The notes under the pieces: model-generated
Databases searched by the model: none
The model's input: the letters and a program-made list of their open reading frames with translations, nothing else
Told to the model about the DNA's origin: nothing
In this document: in pieces, positions 26,919-39,610 of the stretch
Layout of the letters: the number at the start of each line of letters is the position of its first letter
Position numbering within the stretch: position 1 is the first letter of the stretch
Assembly: GCA_030390025.1 (NCBI GenBank)
Contig: CM059432.1
Coordinates: forward strand, 49,106,001 to 49,170,000
DNA length: 64,000 nucleotides
From: Squalus acanthias
Lineage: Eukaryota
Direction: 5' to 3'
Made by a program: the position numbers and the translations under genes

Positions 26919-28101
26919 ACAGCAATGTGATAATGACCAGATAACCTGTTTTAGTGATGTTGATTGAGGGATAAATATTGGCCAGGACACTGGGGAGAAC
27001 TCCCCTGCTCTTCTTCAAAATAGTGCCATGGGATCACTATACAAATACAGAAAGACAATTTTTTTTTTATTGTTTATGCTCTAAAAATGTGAAGTGAGTC
27101 TTCTTTAGTCACTGCCTCATAAAAAACTTCAGTATCTGCATACGTATGGAAACAATTCACACTGACAAATATCATTGCTATTTGACTATTTGATAATATC
27201 CCTGATTCCTTCACAGTCACAGCATGACAGTTCAAAGATGAAAGCATAATTTTGCAACAGAATAAAACAATTTGCCTGAGCCTACTTTTATTCATACTGT
27301 AATGCCATGTACATATGTTTCCCAGCACACATATACAATGACGTCTTCTATATAATTTAGCAATCTAAAATAAGTCTTCATAATTTCTGAGTGTACAATA
27401 TTCACACTGCCAAAATCATTAGCCTTTAGACCAATGTGAATGAGTTTCCACAGTGCACAAATTAAGCCTGTGTAGATCATCAGTAGCTATTTGTAGTAAG
27501 CCAATGAGGCATGGAACAAAATCACTGTTAACAATAGTTTAGCAGATGTATGATGAAATAACACAAAGCGACTGATTTTAGTATCTCTTTTGAAAATCAA
27601 ATAAAACACCTGGGTCCCTCTGGCTGATGAATTCTGACATTTAATTGATTGAGATGAATGTTCCTGCTGTAGTCCTTTATAGTGTGATCCTCCACGAAAT
27701 GAGAATTACAAACAAATAGAAAGAAACAAATTGCAATTATTATTGATTTCTAGACATAGCAAAACAAGGGAGATGAAAAATAGAACTAACATGGAATAGA
27801 TACTGTAATTGAAATGATTTTTGCAGGTCAGGTATACTATGTATTTTGGATCAACCCAGTATTTATCACTAAACATTTCACTAATGCAAAATTTTTCAAT
27901 GCAATATTGAAGTATAACTTAAGAGTTGAAATTGGTGAACCAGCAGCGATTCAAAGAGGCAGCCTTATATTACTTCAGGTTTTGCCCAACTACACTATAA
28001 CTTCAACCAATGTACAATAAAGTTTAAAAGATTCCCTAATAACAACAGAAAATACTAGAAAAACTCAGCAGACCAGGCAGCATCCGTGGAGAGAGAAACA
28101 G

Positions 28102-28138
28102 AGTTAACGTTTCAGGTCGAAGACCTTTCGTCAGAACT
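28102..28138 (-). ncRNA. Minimal hammerhead ribozyme motif (intact core)
   Basis: Minus strand AGTT-CTGACGA-A-AGGTC-TTC-GACCT-GAAA-CG-TT-AACT. Confidence 0.85.
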
Positions 28139-28228
28139 GGAAAAAAGCAGGAAATGGAACAGATTTTAAAGCAATGGAATAGATTTTAAATCTTGCTTTA
28201 AAATCTATTCCATTTCCTGCTTTTTTCC

Positions 28229-28265
28229 AGTTCTGACGAAAGGTCTTCGACCTGAAACATTAACT
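28229..28265 (+). ncRNA. Minimal hammerhead ribozyme motif with a CpG-type mutation in stem III
   Basis: AGTT-CTGACGA-A-AGGTC-TTC-GACCT-GAAA-CA-TT-AACT. Confidence 0.75.
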
Positions 28266-28436
28266 CTGTTTCTCTCTCCACAGATGCTGCCTGGCCTGCT
28301 GAGTTTTTCCAGCGTTTTCTGTTGTTATTTCGGATTTCCAGCATCCGCAGTATTTTGCTATTTTAAAAGATTCCCTGGTGGTTAAGCTTAATTTTCAACT
28401 TTTTAATGTTAATAGAGAGCCACTTGTGCTTTATAG

Positions 28437-28567
28437 GTTCTGACGAAAGGTTATTGACCTGAAACGTTAACTCTGTTTCTCTCTCCGCAGATGCTGCCTG
28501 ACCGGCTGAGTATTTCCAGCATTTTCTGTTTTTAGTTCAGATTTCCAGCATCCGCAGTATTTTGCTT
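28437..28567 (+). mobile_element. Solo Penelope pLTR fragment with hammerhead motif (28437-28471)
   Basis: GTT-CTGACGA-A-AGGTT-ATT-GACCT-GAAA-CG-TT-AAC; imperfect TSD TTGTGCTTTATAGG / TTGTGCTAAATAGG. Confidence 0.85.
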
Positions 28568-29499
28568 TTGTGCTAAATAGGACTGTTCGCCCAACATTAA
28601 AATTTGACTGCCATTTGGATGGCAGTGTGCAGAGCTCCACCCTTGCATGGTTGCACACTCCCTGACTAAAGAATGACACAGAACAATATAACTTGGGTCT
28701 CACACTATGAAACACAATTGTACCTTAAATCTTACTTAGTACACGCAGAGCAGACTTTACAGTCCTGGCACAAATTACTCATAATTAGTTGCTAAGAATC
28801 TATTTTTCAAAATTTGTTCAAATAATACATCAAATTTGCAGACAAAAATAGCTTTATTAAAATCGACAACACATAACAATAGTTCAACTGAATTCAGAGT
28901 GCACATACTTAACATAGAATATCCAAAGAATAATGAAGTCAAATAATTAAATCTAATTTGGGATGATTAGCTTATTCAACGCAAAGTTAAGCTGCAATGA
29001 AAATCCCCCTCCTATAAATATAATCTTCAAGAATATTCCAGTGTTCTTAAAGGTGTAGGCTATTAGGAGTATATTTCCCACCAACTGTTAAATGTGTTGA
29101 CAGTAGAGAATTGTGTTAAAAGGAGTGGCAAATTGGATAAAAAATAATGGCTATTTCTGCCCATATTCCTGCTATTCAGAATGTTCCACCTGCTCTAAGA
29201 AACATGTACCACCATTAATTGAAAAACAATCACTTGCTTGTTATTACCTATCCGAAGAAAAGCATTACGGTCTCCCACTGGAGGGAAATGAATGCGAACA
29301 GGAGTTTGTGATTACATGCTGAGCTGAAGTTACTACAATAGCAGAATGGGTAGATTTGGAAATATCAGCACAGTACAGACAGGATTCTTTGAGTCCCACA
29401 GAATGGGTACAGTGGCCCTTGTTGCTGTGTAATAGTGTGGAGATGGTGGCAGCAAAGAGTGAACTGAAAGCACAAAGTACCTAGAGACTCATCACTCAC

Positions 29500-29860
29500 A
29501 GAACAAACTACCCCAGGGAATGAATGAATTGAAAAAGAATCAGCTAGAAAACTGTGAAGAAGGTGTACCATCTGGTGAACAAGGATCTCAAGAGATATCC
29601 AGCTGTCCACAGTGGAGTACCAGTAGCACTGAAGCTTACCAGTGTACACCACTTTTCTGCCACAAGGTCCTTCCAGGCACCTGTAAGGGACATTGCAGTA
29701 GCTGTGCTGTTCAGCGGTCCATTAAGGACACAACTGAAGCCTTATTTCCCCATGCACCCAACTACATAAGTTTCAGTAACAATCAGTAACAGCAGTAGCA
29801 ACGGCAAATGCACTTTTCCGATGTTCACTTCCCCAAGGTACAGGGTATCATTTGTGCAAC
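29500..29860 (+). mobile_element. Very old Harbinger transposase fragment
   Basis: VYHLVNKDL..VPVALKLTSVHHFSATRSFQAPVRDI aligns by eye to LCHLLQPDL..LSVAVKVTVALNFYATGSFQAATGDI. Confidence 0.65.
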
Positions 29861-30269
29861 GGCCAAAAACCCTGTGATTTCTTCTGTCCACTACAAAATT
29901 AATCTTATTTCAATGGATCAGGCGCTGCAAATTTGTTGCTGAGACATAATTGGTGCTGTTCTGCACAGTGAACAACTGGCTTAATGATCTTGCTGTTTGT
30001 TTATACTAAATAGAAATCAGAGAAACATACAAAAACGATGGACAGGAAGAGACCAACTGGTCCTTTCGAGTCTGTCCCATGCAGTCATGCTGCAACTAGA
30101 CACCATGGCCTCCAAAACTCTACATCAACAAGCAGCCATCCTCTTGAAAGAAGCAAAATATCAGATTTTAAAAAACCATAGACCAATTCAGAGGGGAAAA
30201 AAGCTGGGAAATTCAATCCTGACCCTCGAAAATGATTGAAAACAAGGTCCAGAGTTGGTGTGTTGGGGA

Positions 30270-31870
30270 TGGGAGAGATGGTACTGGTGAAGAGCTCTTG
30301 GATCAGTTGCTCTTTGAGAGCTCTGGCAGCTAGGAGCACTGGTGGTCGATGCTGCTCCTGCTCTTCCTCCTCTTTGTGCTCTTCTTCCTTCTCCTCCTCC
30401 TCCACTTCCTGCTGCCTAGGTGGTGGCAAGAGCTGGTCCCTCAGTCTAGCGAAGTCATGCAGCACACGACCACAAATTTGGAAACATGGTCAGGGGTGTA
30501 CTGTAGAGCTCCCTCCAAACTGTCCAGGCAGTGGAAGTGTTGCTTGAGCACACCAATGGTCTGCTCAATTATATTTCAGGTATGGCTCTCATTGCAAGCA
30601 TGCTCTATGTCCGTGCCCGGGTTCCTGATAGTAATCATAAACCATGCTTGGAAGGGATTTCCCTTGTGACCCAATAGCCAACCTCTGACTTGATGGCTTG
30701 GTTAGAATAAAGGCGACAGAGGACTGGTGCAGGATGAATGCATCATGACTGCTACCAGGAAACTAGGCACAACCCTGCATGATGCACTGCCTGTGGTCAC
30801 AAACAAATGCATTCAGGGAGTGGTATCCCTTTTCTATTGAAAATGATGCCAGGCTGGGGAACATGCACGATAATGTGGGTGCAGTATATGGAACGTGGGG
30901 AAGCCTGCAATGTGGGCGAAGCCTAATGCTCTCTCATCCTGCTTCGCTCTGTCCATGGGGAATGTGATGTATATGTTCTTCCTGGTGTTGAGAGTCTCCG
31001 TCATCTCCCAGATACAGTGGTACACAGCAAACTGTGAGATGTCGCTGATGTCCCCTGCTGCAGACTGGAACGACCCCGTGGCATAAAAATTCAGGGTCAC
31101 AAGCAGTGTTGTCCGTGCTCAGATTTAGAGCTCCAGTTGTGGCTGCAGCAGGTGACATAGCTCAGTGACAGCTTCCTTGGTGAAGCACAGGCCCCTCACC
31201 CATTGCTCATCATTTAAATTGAGGTATGGGAAGTGCTACCTGAAGAAGTGCTGTGAGTATGGCCTCCTGCGCAGTGTCCTCCTTCTTTCTTCTCCCAGCT
31301 GCTCCTGCTCTCTCCTATTTTCTTCGTTGCTTCCCCTCCTCCTCCAACCCTAAAGGCAGAACTACCAGACCACCCATGACTGGAATAAACTGTTCCAAAG
31401 CAGACAAAATACTCCAGCACCAGCACAAAGTTGTTACCAGAACTCAGAATTCACTTGTGGAACACAGAAAATAACCAAAAAATGACCCCAAATTGAACTA
31501 GCAGCCTAAGAGGTCAAACTAGCATCTAACTTGTACGGAGGGGGTGTGACCTTTAATAACGCTTCTGCAGGGTCCTTGCTGACTGTTAGCGCCATGAGTT
31601 GCTGAGCAGGTTTATCACATGGCAAGCCAGGCGCTAGGACAGACCAGTTTCACAAAAGCGTCCTAATACAAGTGGAGGACTATTATTTATATATCTTAAT
31701 GAATTTTTGTGTGCTCTCAGCATGCTTCCTGGATGCCTACAAGTCGCTCAATACAATATAACGGGCGGCCGGCCACTTCCGGTGAGGGACAGGGCGCATG
31801 CGTCACTCACCAGATTGGACCCTTAGGCACCCATTTCTTGCCTGAAAAATGGTTGCGACACAATCTAATT
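30270..31870 (-). mobile_element. Decayed Harbinger element (transposase remnant and upstream region)
   Basis: LNFYATGSFQSAAGDISDISQFAV..FPMDRAKQDERALGFAHIAGFP; acidic C-terminus followed by ARALKEQLIQELF. Confidence 0.85.
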
Positions 31871-31924
31871 GCTATGCCAACCTGTTACATGAAGGGAGGG
31901 GGTGGTTGTAGAGAAGAAGACTTT

Positions 31925-32496
31925 TTTTTTATTCGTTTATGGGATCAGGGCGTCGCTGGCAATGCCAGCATTTATTGCCCATTCCTAGTTGCCCTTGAGA
32001 AGGCGGTGGTGAGCCGCCTTCTTGAACCGCTGCAGTCCGTGTGGTGATGGTACTCCCACAGTGCTGTTAGGGAGGGACTTCCAGGATTTTGACCCAGCGA
32101 CGATGAAGGATCGGCGATATACTTCTAAGTCAGGATGGTGTATGGCTTGGAGGGGAACTTGGAGGTGGTGGTTTTCCCATGCGCCTGCTGCCCTTGTCCT
32201 TCTAGGTGGAAGAGGTCGCGGGTTTGGGAGGTGCTGCCGAAGAAGCCTTGGTGAGTTGCTGCAGTGCATCTTGTAGATGGTACACACTGCAGTCACGGTA
32301 CGCCGATGGTGGAGGGAGTGAATGTTTAAGGTGGTGGATGGGATGCCAATCAAGCGGGCTGCTTTGTCCTGGATGGTGTCGAGCTTCTTGAGTGTTGTTG
32401 GAGCTGCACTCATCCAGGCAAGTGGAGAATATTCCATCACACTCCTGACTTGTGCCTTGTAGATGGTAGAAAGGCTTTGGGGAGTCAGGAGGTGAG
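31925..32496 (-). mobile_element. Second LINE family, 3' fragment
   Basis: 172-aa ORF almost the same as 15692-16219. Confidence 0.9.
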
Positions 32497-32712
32497 ATTG
32501 CATTTATATAGCACCTTTCACATCCACCAGTCGTCTCAAAGCGCTTTACAGCCAATGAAGTACTTTTTTTGAAGTGGAGTCACTGTTGTAATGTGGGAAA
32601 CGCGGCAGCCAATTTGTGCACAGCAAGGTCCCACAAACAGCAATGTGATAATGACCAGATAATCTGTTTTTGTTATGTAGGTTGTGGGATAAATATTGGC
32701 CAGGACAGAGGA
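32497..32712 (-). mobile_element. Deu-SINE 3' fragment
   Basis: Homologous to 25980-26160. Confidence 0.8.
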
Positions 32713-33261
32713 GAGAGGGAGAGCTGCAGTGTTGCAGGGTCATCTCTGGTTCCCCGAGATTTGAAGCGATGGGTGCTGTTGGGGCATAGGAGGGATATGT
32801 TCGAAAATTACATATATCTTGAGTCTCTTTGAGAAATACCACAGGACAACCACTAGCAATATATTTGAGCATATAATTTTGAAACAAACTTATGCTTTTA
32901 TGGCATCCCAAATTTGGAGATAGCTTTAATCGGTCTGTGCCTCTTATCTTTCAGTCCGTGATGTAGCTAAAATTTCAAGTTTTCAGACATTTGTGTTTCA
33001 AAATATAACCTCTGTTATCTCCTTCAACCAGACATAAACCAACAATGTTGATGCTTTCTAAAATACTGTATTAAGATAATGTAGTGAAAATCCCAGAATT
33101 TTGAACAAATAAAATTAGAATCTGTTTCAAGACGTATGATAAATGTAGTTATTTCACCTTAGCATCAGTTATACTATCCTATTGGACAGCAATGGATAAT
33201 GTTCTAAAGTACACAATAAATTGAGCGGGTCCCATTCATTCTCACACATTCAGCTTGACAT

Positions 33262-33695
33262 AGAAAGAAAGACTTGCATTTATATAGTGCCTTTCATGAC
33301 CTCAGGACGTCCAAAAGCGCTTTACAGCCAATGAAATACTTTTGAAGTGTAGTCACTGTTGTAATGTAGGAAACGCAGCAGCCAATTTGCACACAGCAAG
33401 CTCCCATAAACAGCAATGCGATAATGACCAGATAATCTGTTTTTTTGAGGGATAACTATTGGCCAGGACACCAGGGATAACTCCCCTGGTCTTCTTCAAA
33501 ATAGTGCCATGGGATCTCTTATGCCCACCTTAAAGAGCAGATGAGGCCTCGGTTTAATGTCTCATCCGAAAGACGACACCTCTGACAGTGCAGCACTCCC
33601 TCAGTACTGCACTGGAGTGTCAGCCTAGATTTTTGTGCTCAAGTCTCTGGAGTGGGACTTTACCCCACAACCTTCTGACTCAGAGGCGAGAGTCA
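33262..33695 (-). mobile_element. Deu-domain SINE (SacSINE1-like), near full length
   Basis: Colinear with 25968-26399. Confidence 0.85.
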
Positions 33696-34184
33696 GATCA
33701 TCATGAGAGTTTAAGTCAGCAAACCACTGTGTTCCCAATAAGGACATTGAGCTCTTCATTCAACATCAGTATCGGGCTAATGGCTACTGTAATCGGATTG
33801 TGAGCTCACTGTACAAGGTTAAAATGCAATGCTTCTTCCACCAATCAGTTTTAATGCTGTACTTCATCCCTGAATCTTGAATATGCAGCACCCTTGCTAA
33901 AATGTGGAAGGTATTGCTGTGCTATCAGCCTTTCTGAACATGGACCATTGTTTTAGTATGGCTTTCAGGATGAACAGTACTGTTAATTCCAGTTGTTGTC
34001 GACCCAATTTCAAGCATGACATTAATGATTGAGAGACATGATTTATTCTCTGCTCCACATTACTGTTTTTAGACTGTATTCACTCTATCCTGACTTTTAC
34101 TTTGCCTTCATCTCTATGATATGGTTTGGTTCATTTTATGTGGAGTTTTACTGAGTTACAGATTTTTTGCTGCATTTGCTGCAA

Positions 34185-34531
34185 AATTATGAAGGGTTTT
34201 GCAGGAGTAAATAAGGAGAAACTGTTTCCACTGGCAGGAGGCTCGGTAACCAGAGGACACAGATTTAAGGTAATTGGCAAAAGAACCAGGGGGGAGATGA
34301 GGATTTTTTTCACACAGCAAGTTGTTATGATCTGGAATGCGCTGCCTGAAAGGTTGGTGGAAGCAGATTCAATAGTAACTTTCAAAAGGGAATTGGATAA
34401 ATACTTGAAAAGGAAAAATTGCAGGGCTATGGGGGAAGAGCAGGGGTGTGGGACTAATTGGATAGCTGTTTCAAAGAGCCGGCGCAGGCACGATGGGCTG
34501 GATGGCCTCCTTCTGTGCTGTATGATTCTAC
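34185..34531 (+). mobile_element. CR1 3' end fragment
   Basis: KIMKGFAGVNKEKLFPLAGGSVTRGHRFK..WNALP; CR1 3' UTR. Confidence 0.9.
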
Positions 34532-35380
34532 GATTTGTCCTCATAACAGTTGCTCTAAATATAGGTCAAATTGAAATTTAAAAAGAATTGTTTTGTTTTA
34601 TCTAAATAACATCACAGAGTCAATACAAAGATAATTTGTTGGCAGGAAGAGCTTGCAGGTGGTGGGCAAGAAGGGACAGGACTGGTACAGCATGGCAACC
34701 AGCCAGCCTCGAAGCAACTGAACCCAGGTTTTAATATCAGACGGAGAAATAACACCGCCGAGGCAGTATGCTTTGTTAGTTAGATTAATGGAATAGATCA
34801 GACTGTTCTGTGTGTTTTTCAGTTCATTTGAAGCTTTGTTTTTCAGTAAGCAACTACTATTGTTATGTAGGACTATTGGTGTCTTGCTAGGGTGCAGATG
34901 GATACTTACTGCATGCATTTACGGAGCTATTAATGATTAAAATCCTTTAAAGGCATTTCATAAAACCCATGAGGGATTACAGTAATCAAGATAAAGAGAT
35001 GGCTTTTCTTGATCATCTGTTTTGCATAAAGTGAGCTTCCATTCCTTCCACACTATGTTGCATCAAAAAATTACTTAAACTCTGGTGGGTTAGATTAATT
35101 TCACAGTAGAGAAACTCCATAACAAATGTGATAAAAATCATACTGAAGAACTACAATTTTTTTTAAATCTAGTAATTTCCAGAAGACAAGGCATGTCATT
35201 AAATATATTAGAGTCACTAAATCATCTGCACCTCTAGTACCTTAGAAGTGGTGACAGTACTTAGCAGCTAGGTGACATAGTGAGGAACACTGGTAGTTCT
35301 ACATGCTTAGAGCCTGACATCTAATTAGTCTTCACACTCTTAAATTAAATAATGATTGTGTTGAGCTTATACCTCATTGC

Positions 35381-36155
35381 ATTGGATTTTGCCGTAGAAA
35401 TAATGGTGAGGCTAACAGCGCTCACTAACGTGTAAATCGGACAGCAACGTCCAGCGACCGCACATGCACAGCTAAATGTGTAAATCAGGAAGCTGCTGTC
35501 TGAGATGCCCTGATCCTCCCAAAGCTGCGTGATAATGGTATCTCGCCGAGAGACTCACCATTCAAATACATTGAACAGCGTGAAGTTGCTGTACTTAACT
35601 GATATATGCCCACTGAACTCGCCAGAAAAAGTTAAGATTTGTCCGTTCCAGTGAAATACCCTTTTATCAGCATGATAATTCTTAAATACTGCCAAACAAC
35701 CTCTCTGACACTGAAAATTAACTTTAACAAGTGTAGAGTCTCATTCCTTCAGATTTGAATTATTGTTGGAGATTTAAACAAATATAAAAATGTAAATACA
35801 TTTTTTTTTAACTTTTTCTTTCTGTCTCTTATCTCTGTTTAATCCAATCTTTCTTTCCCTCTCTTTATTTCGCTTTCTGTACCTGATTTGACATTGAATT
35901 AAATATTCTGACACTTCCTGGTTCAGACTCAGCGCTGCTCATTAACAATTGTTCAATCTGATTGGTTAAGGGGATACACAGTTGCTTGCTCTATTCACAC
36001 ATGTCCCAGACGCTCTGTAGAGCATCTGTTGCACTTTGTTGATAGTTGGCTGACTGGAACTTCCGAGTGAAAAAGCCCACAAAAAGTCTATGGGCAAGTG
36101 CATGTGTAACAAACGGCTGGTGTTGTCCATTTGCTGCTGAGAACAAAATCTGACA
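35381..36155. mobile_element. Old non-autonomous DNA-transposon-like element
   Basis: Degenerate termini GGATTTTGCCGTAG.. and ..GAGAACAAAATCTG; family not identifiable. Confidence 0.35.
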
Positions 36156-36184
36156 CAATGTGGTATCCATAAGTAAGACTATTG

Positions 36185-37325
36185 CCGAGATTTTATGAGG
36201 GGTCAGCGGGTGCGATCGGTGGCAGGTCAGGTGGGAAAGTGTTTTTTTCCCCCAGCAGGTTGGGACCCCACTGTGAACCCGCTGCAACGCACCTTTCCCC
36301 GATGTCGGGTCTGTCAACGCTGAGCAGACCCGACACGCAGCGGCGGGGGACCCAATTCAGGTAATTATGACCTTGTTTAGAGATCATTAAGAATACATTT
36401 GAGCTCACCTTTTGGTTTTACGTGCTTGCCCACGTGGTCCTCACTGCTCGGGGATCACGTCTGTTAAGCTGAGGCAGGAGTTCAGTGGCCAGTGAATCAG
36501 CTGTTGAGTTGACAGCTTCAAATGTAAAGTAAAAGCTCCCACCTTACAGAGATATCTTCCCTCAGCCACAAGCTCTTCCTCACTGCATTTCCACAACAGA
36601 TTCACCATACTGCAAGTCTTTACACAGTCTCCATCCAGTCTGACCTCATTACCTCTCTCACCATTGACAAATCGCTTCTGTCATCTCTACTTTACCTGCT
36701 ATCTATTCCATCAGCATGGGTGCCCTTGAAACTCTCTCACCTTAGTCCTCAGAATCCCACCACAATCAGCCCCAACACCAGCAGTACCAGGCACACCAGC
36801 AGCACCAACAACAACACCAACCTTCTCCACAATCAACTGATGCTGCACAGGACAAAGGGCATCAGCACCCGACCACATTGCTGCCCGGGAGGACAGAGAT
36901 GGCCTCACCATGGCCAAATTTACTTCACTTGACGCTGTGCACCCTGGCTGCCACATGATGCGCCTGTTGGCACCACCCCACACCAATACCATAAACCACC
37001 CCTACAATGCATAAGCCATTCGTTTCACACTCCTGACTGTTGCGTTATGTCTCACCATTCACTGCAACTCACAAAGCCACTTCCAAAGGTGCACTAAAAT
37101 CTATCCAAGAACGCAAAGTGTTGAAAATAAAGGTTTCAATGTTTGATACCACATTAACAGAAACTTTACATGAACATTGCATAAAACACCCAAGTGCCTA
37201 CTCTTGTGTGTTGCTAGTTGGTATGATTGCACTAGGATGAGGGTGAGTGTAAGAGGTGGCTAGTGGAATGTGATGTGATAATATAGACAGAGAGGGATGG
37301 GTGGAGGTCCAAGTTAAGTTGGTGT
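36185..37325. mobile_element. Probable deleted Harbinger derivative
   Basis: GC/CpG-rich subterminal-like block after GAGATTTT; an ATGGGTGCC start followed by a CAG/CAA-rich tract resembles the transposase N-termini in this window. Confidence 0.35.
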
Positions 37326-37326
37326 G

Positions 37327-38041
37327 AGAACATAACATAAGAACATAAGAAATAGGAGCAGGAGTAGGACATTTGGCCCTTCGAGCCTGCTCCGCCATTC
37401 AATAAGATCATGGCTGATCTTCTACCTCATCTCCACTTTTCTGCACTATCCCCATATCCCTTGATTCCCTTAATATTCAAAAATCTATCGATCTCTGTTT
37501 TGAATATACTCAACGACTGAGCCTTCACAGACCTCTGCGGTAGAGAATTCCAAAGATTCACCACCCTCTGAGTGAAGAAATTTCTCCTCATCTCAGCCCT
37601 AAATGGCCGACCCCTTATTCTAAGACTGTGACCCCTGGTTCTAGACTCCCTAGCCAGGGGAAACATCCTAACTGCATCTACTCTGTCAAGCCCTGTAAGA
37701 ATTGTGTATGTTTCAATGAGATCACCTCTCATTCTTCTCAACTCTAGAGAATATAGGCCTAGTCTATTGGGCTGGATTTTGTCTTGGGGTCGGGTTGGGG
37801 TCGTGTCATCCGCATTTCGTGTTCCCCCCCTCGACTCCAGATTAATGTGGATGAATGATGCAATTTTCACTTAATTGGGCAATTGAGTTCCAGCATGTGG
37901 GAACCCATGAACTAATTAGTGGTTTCAGTCTGAAAGTCGCCTCTGATGATGTCATGATTGCTGACTGCCTGGTCTCAGAGACTATCTGGCTGTTGGTGAG
38001 AGAGGACCTGCCTGGCTTTTGATGTGAGTGGACCTGGATGC

Positions 38042-38081
<40 letters not shown>

Positions 38082-39610
38082 TTTTTGCATCCAAGTCCTC
38101 TCACAGCAAAGTCCATGCAGTCTCTGAAGACATTCAATGCAGCAGCATCAGAGGCGACTTTCAGACCTAATACTACTACTACCTTCATCACATCTCCGTT
38201 GTAATAGTGGACCTGCAGCTGATAGTCAACTATCCACTTGTGCTCCCCGCCAGGTTTCACTGGAGTGTTTCACATCAGGTGTACTTCATGTCGGAAAAGG
38301 GTTAAACTAGCTAAAACGTTTCAAAATGGCATTACAGAGCCAATTTAGGGCTTGTTAAGGGCTTTAATGGCCTCTCCCGCCTCTTGGAAGCGGGACGGAG
38401 TCGGGAACCCCGCGACCGATTTTGTCAAAATTGCGTGGAGGTGGGATGGAGTCGGGACCCCCGACCCCGCAAATTTAACCCCCCACACGCCTCCAAACCC
38501 GACTCCACGGGTCATTCAAAATCCAGCCCTATCTCTCCTCATAGGACAATCCCCTTATCCCAGGAACCAGTCTGGTGAACCTTCGTTGAGCTCCCTCTAT
38601 GGCAAGTATATCCTTCCTTAGGTAAGGAGACCAAAACTGTACACAATACTCCAGGTGTGGTCTCACCAGGGCCCTATATAATTGCAGTAAGACGTCTTTA
38701 CTCTTATACTCAAATCCTCTTGTAATAAAGGCCAACATACCATTTGCTTTCCTAATTGCTTGCTGTACCTGCAATGTTAACTTTCAGTGATTTATGTACA
38801 AGGACACCCAGGTCCCTCTGAATACCAATATTTCCCAATCTCTCACCATTTAAAAAATACTCTACTTTTCTATTTTTCCTACCAAAGTGGAGAACTTCAC
38901 ATTTCTCCACATTATATTCCACTTGCCATGTTCTTGCCCACTCACTTAACCTGTCTATATCCTCTTGAAGCCTCTTTGCGTCCTCCTCACAACTTATATT
39001 CCCACCCAGCTTTGTATCATCAGCGAACTTGGATATATTACATTTGGTCCCCTCATCCAAATCATTGATGTAGATTGTGAATAGCTGAGGCCCAAGCACT
39101 GATCCTTGCGGTACCCCACTAGTTACAGCCTACCAACCCGAAAATGACCCGTTTATTCCTACTCTCTGTTTTCTGTCCGTTAACCAATCCTCAATCCATG
39201 CTAGTATATTACCCCCAATCCCATGAACCCTAATTTTGTTTAATAACCTCTTGTGCGGCACCTTATTGGATGCCTTCTGAAAATCCAAATGCACCACATC
39301 CACTGGTTCCCCCTTATCTATTTTGCGAGTTACAACCTCAAAAAACTCTAACAGATTCGTCAAGCACGATTTCCCTTTCATAAATCCGTGTTGACTCTGC
39401 CCAATCCTATTGTTATTTTCTAAGTGCCCTGTTACCACACCCTTAATAGTAGTTACAATCATTTTCCCTACTACTGATGTCAGGCTAACTGGTCTGTAGT
39501 TTTCCGTTTTCTCTCTCTCTCCTTTCTTAAATAGTGGGGTTACATTTATTACCTTCCAATCTGCGGGAACCGTTCCAGAATCTATGGAATTATGGAAAAT
39601 GACAACCAAT
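37327..39610 (-). mobile_element. CR1 RT and 3' end, interrupted by a MITE
   Basis: ORFs 39130-39609, 38752-39099 and 38529-38774 carry RT motifs; (AGAACATA)n tail. Confidence 0.92.
37769..38529. mobile_element. Harbinger-type MITE, same family as 10702-11713
   Basis: TIR GGGCTGGATTTT / AAAATCCAGCCC; shared internal sequence; (GA)n at 38047-38078. Confidence 0.9.

Larger units (their letters stand above)
28038..28361. mobile_element. Inverted pair of Penelope pLTRs (fold-back) with 3' tail
   Basis: 137-bp arms 28038-28174 and 28193-28329, a ~32-bp unpaired tail, and 15-bp TSD TTTAAAAGATTCCCT (28023-28037, 28362-28376). Confidence 0.9.

Noticed and set aside
27074..27480. Minus-strand ORFs as host exons
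   Set aside because: AT-rich, no recognisable protein, no convincing splice sites.
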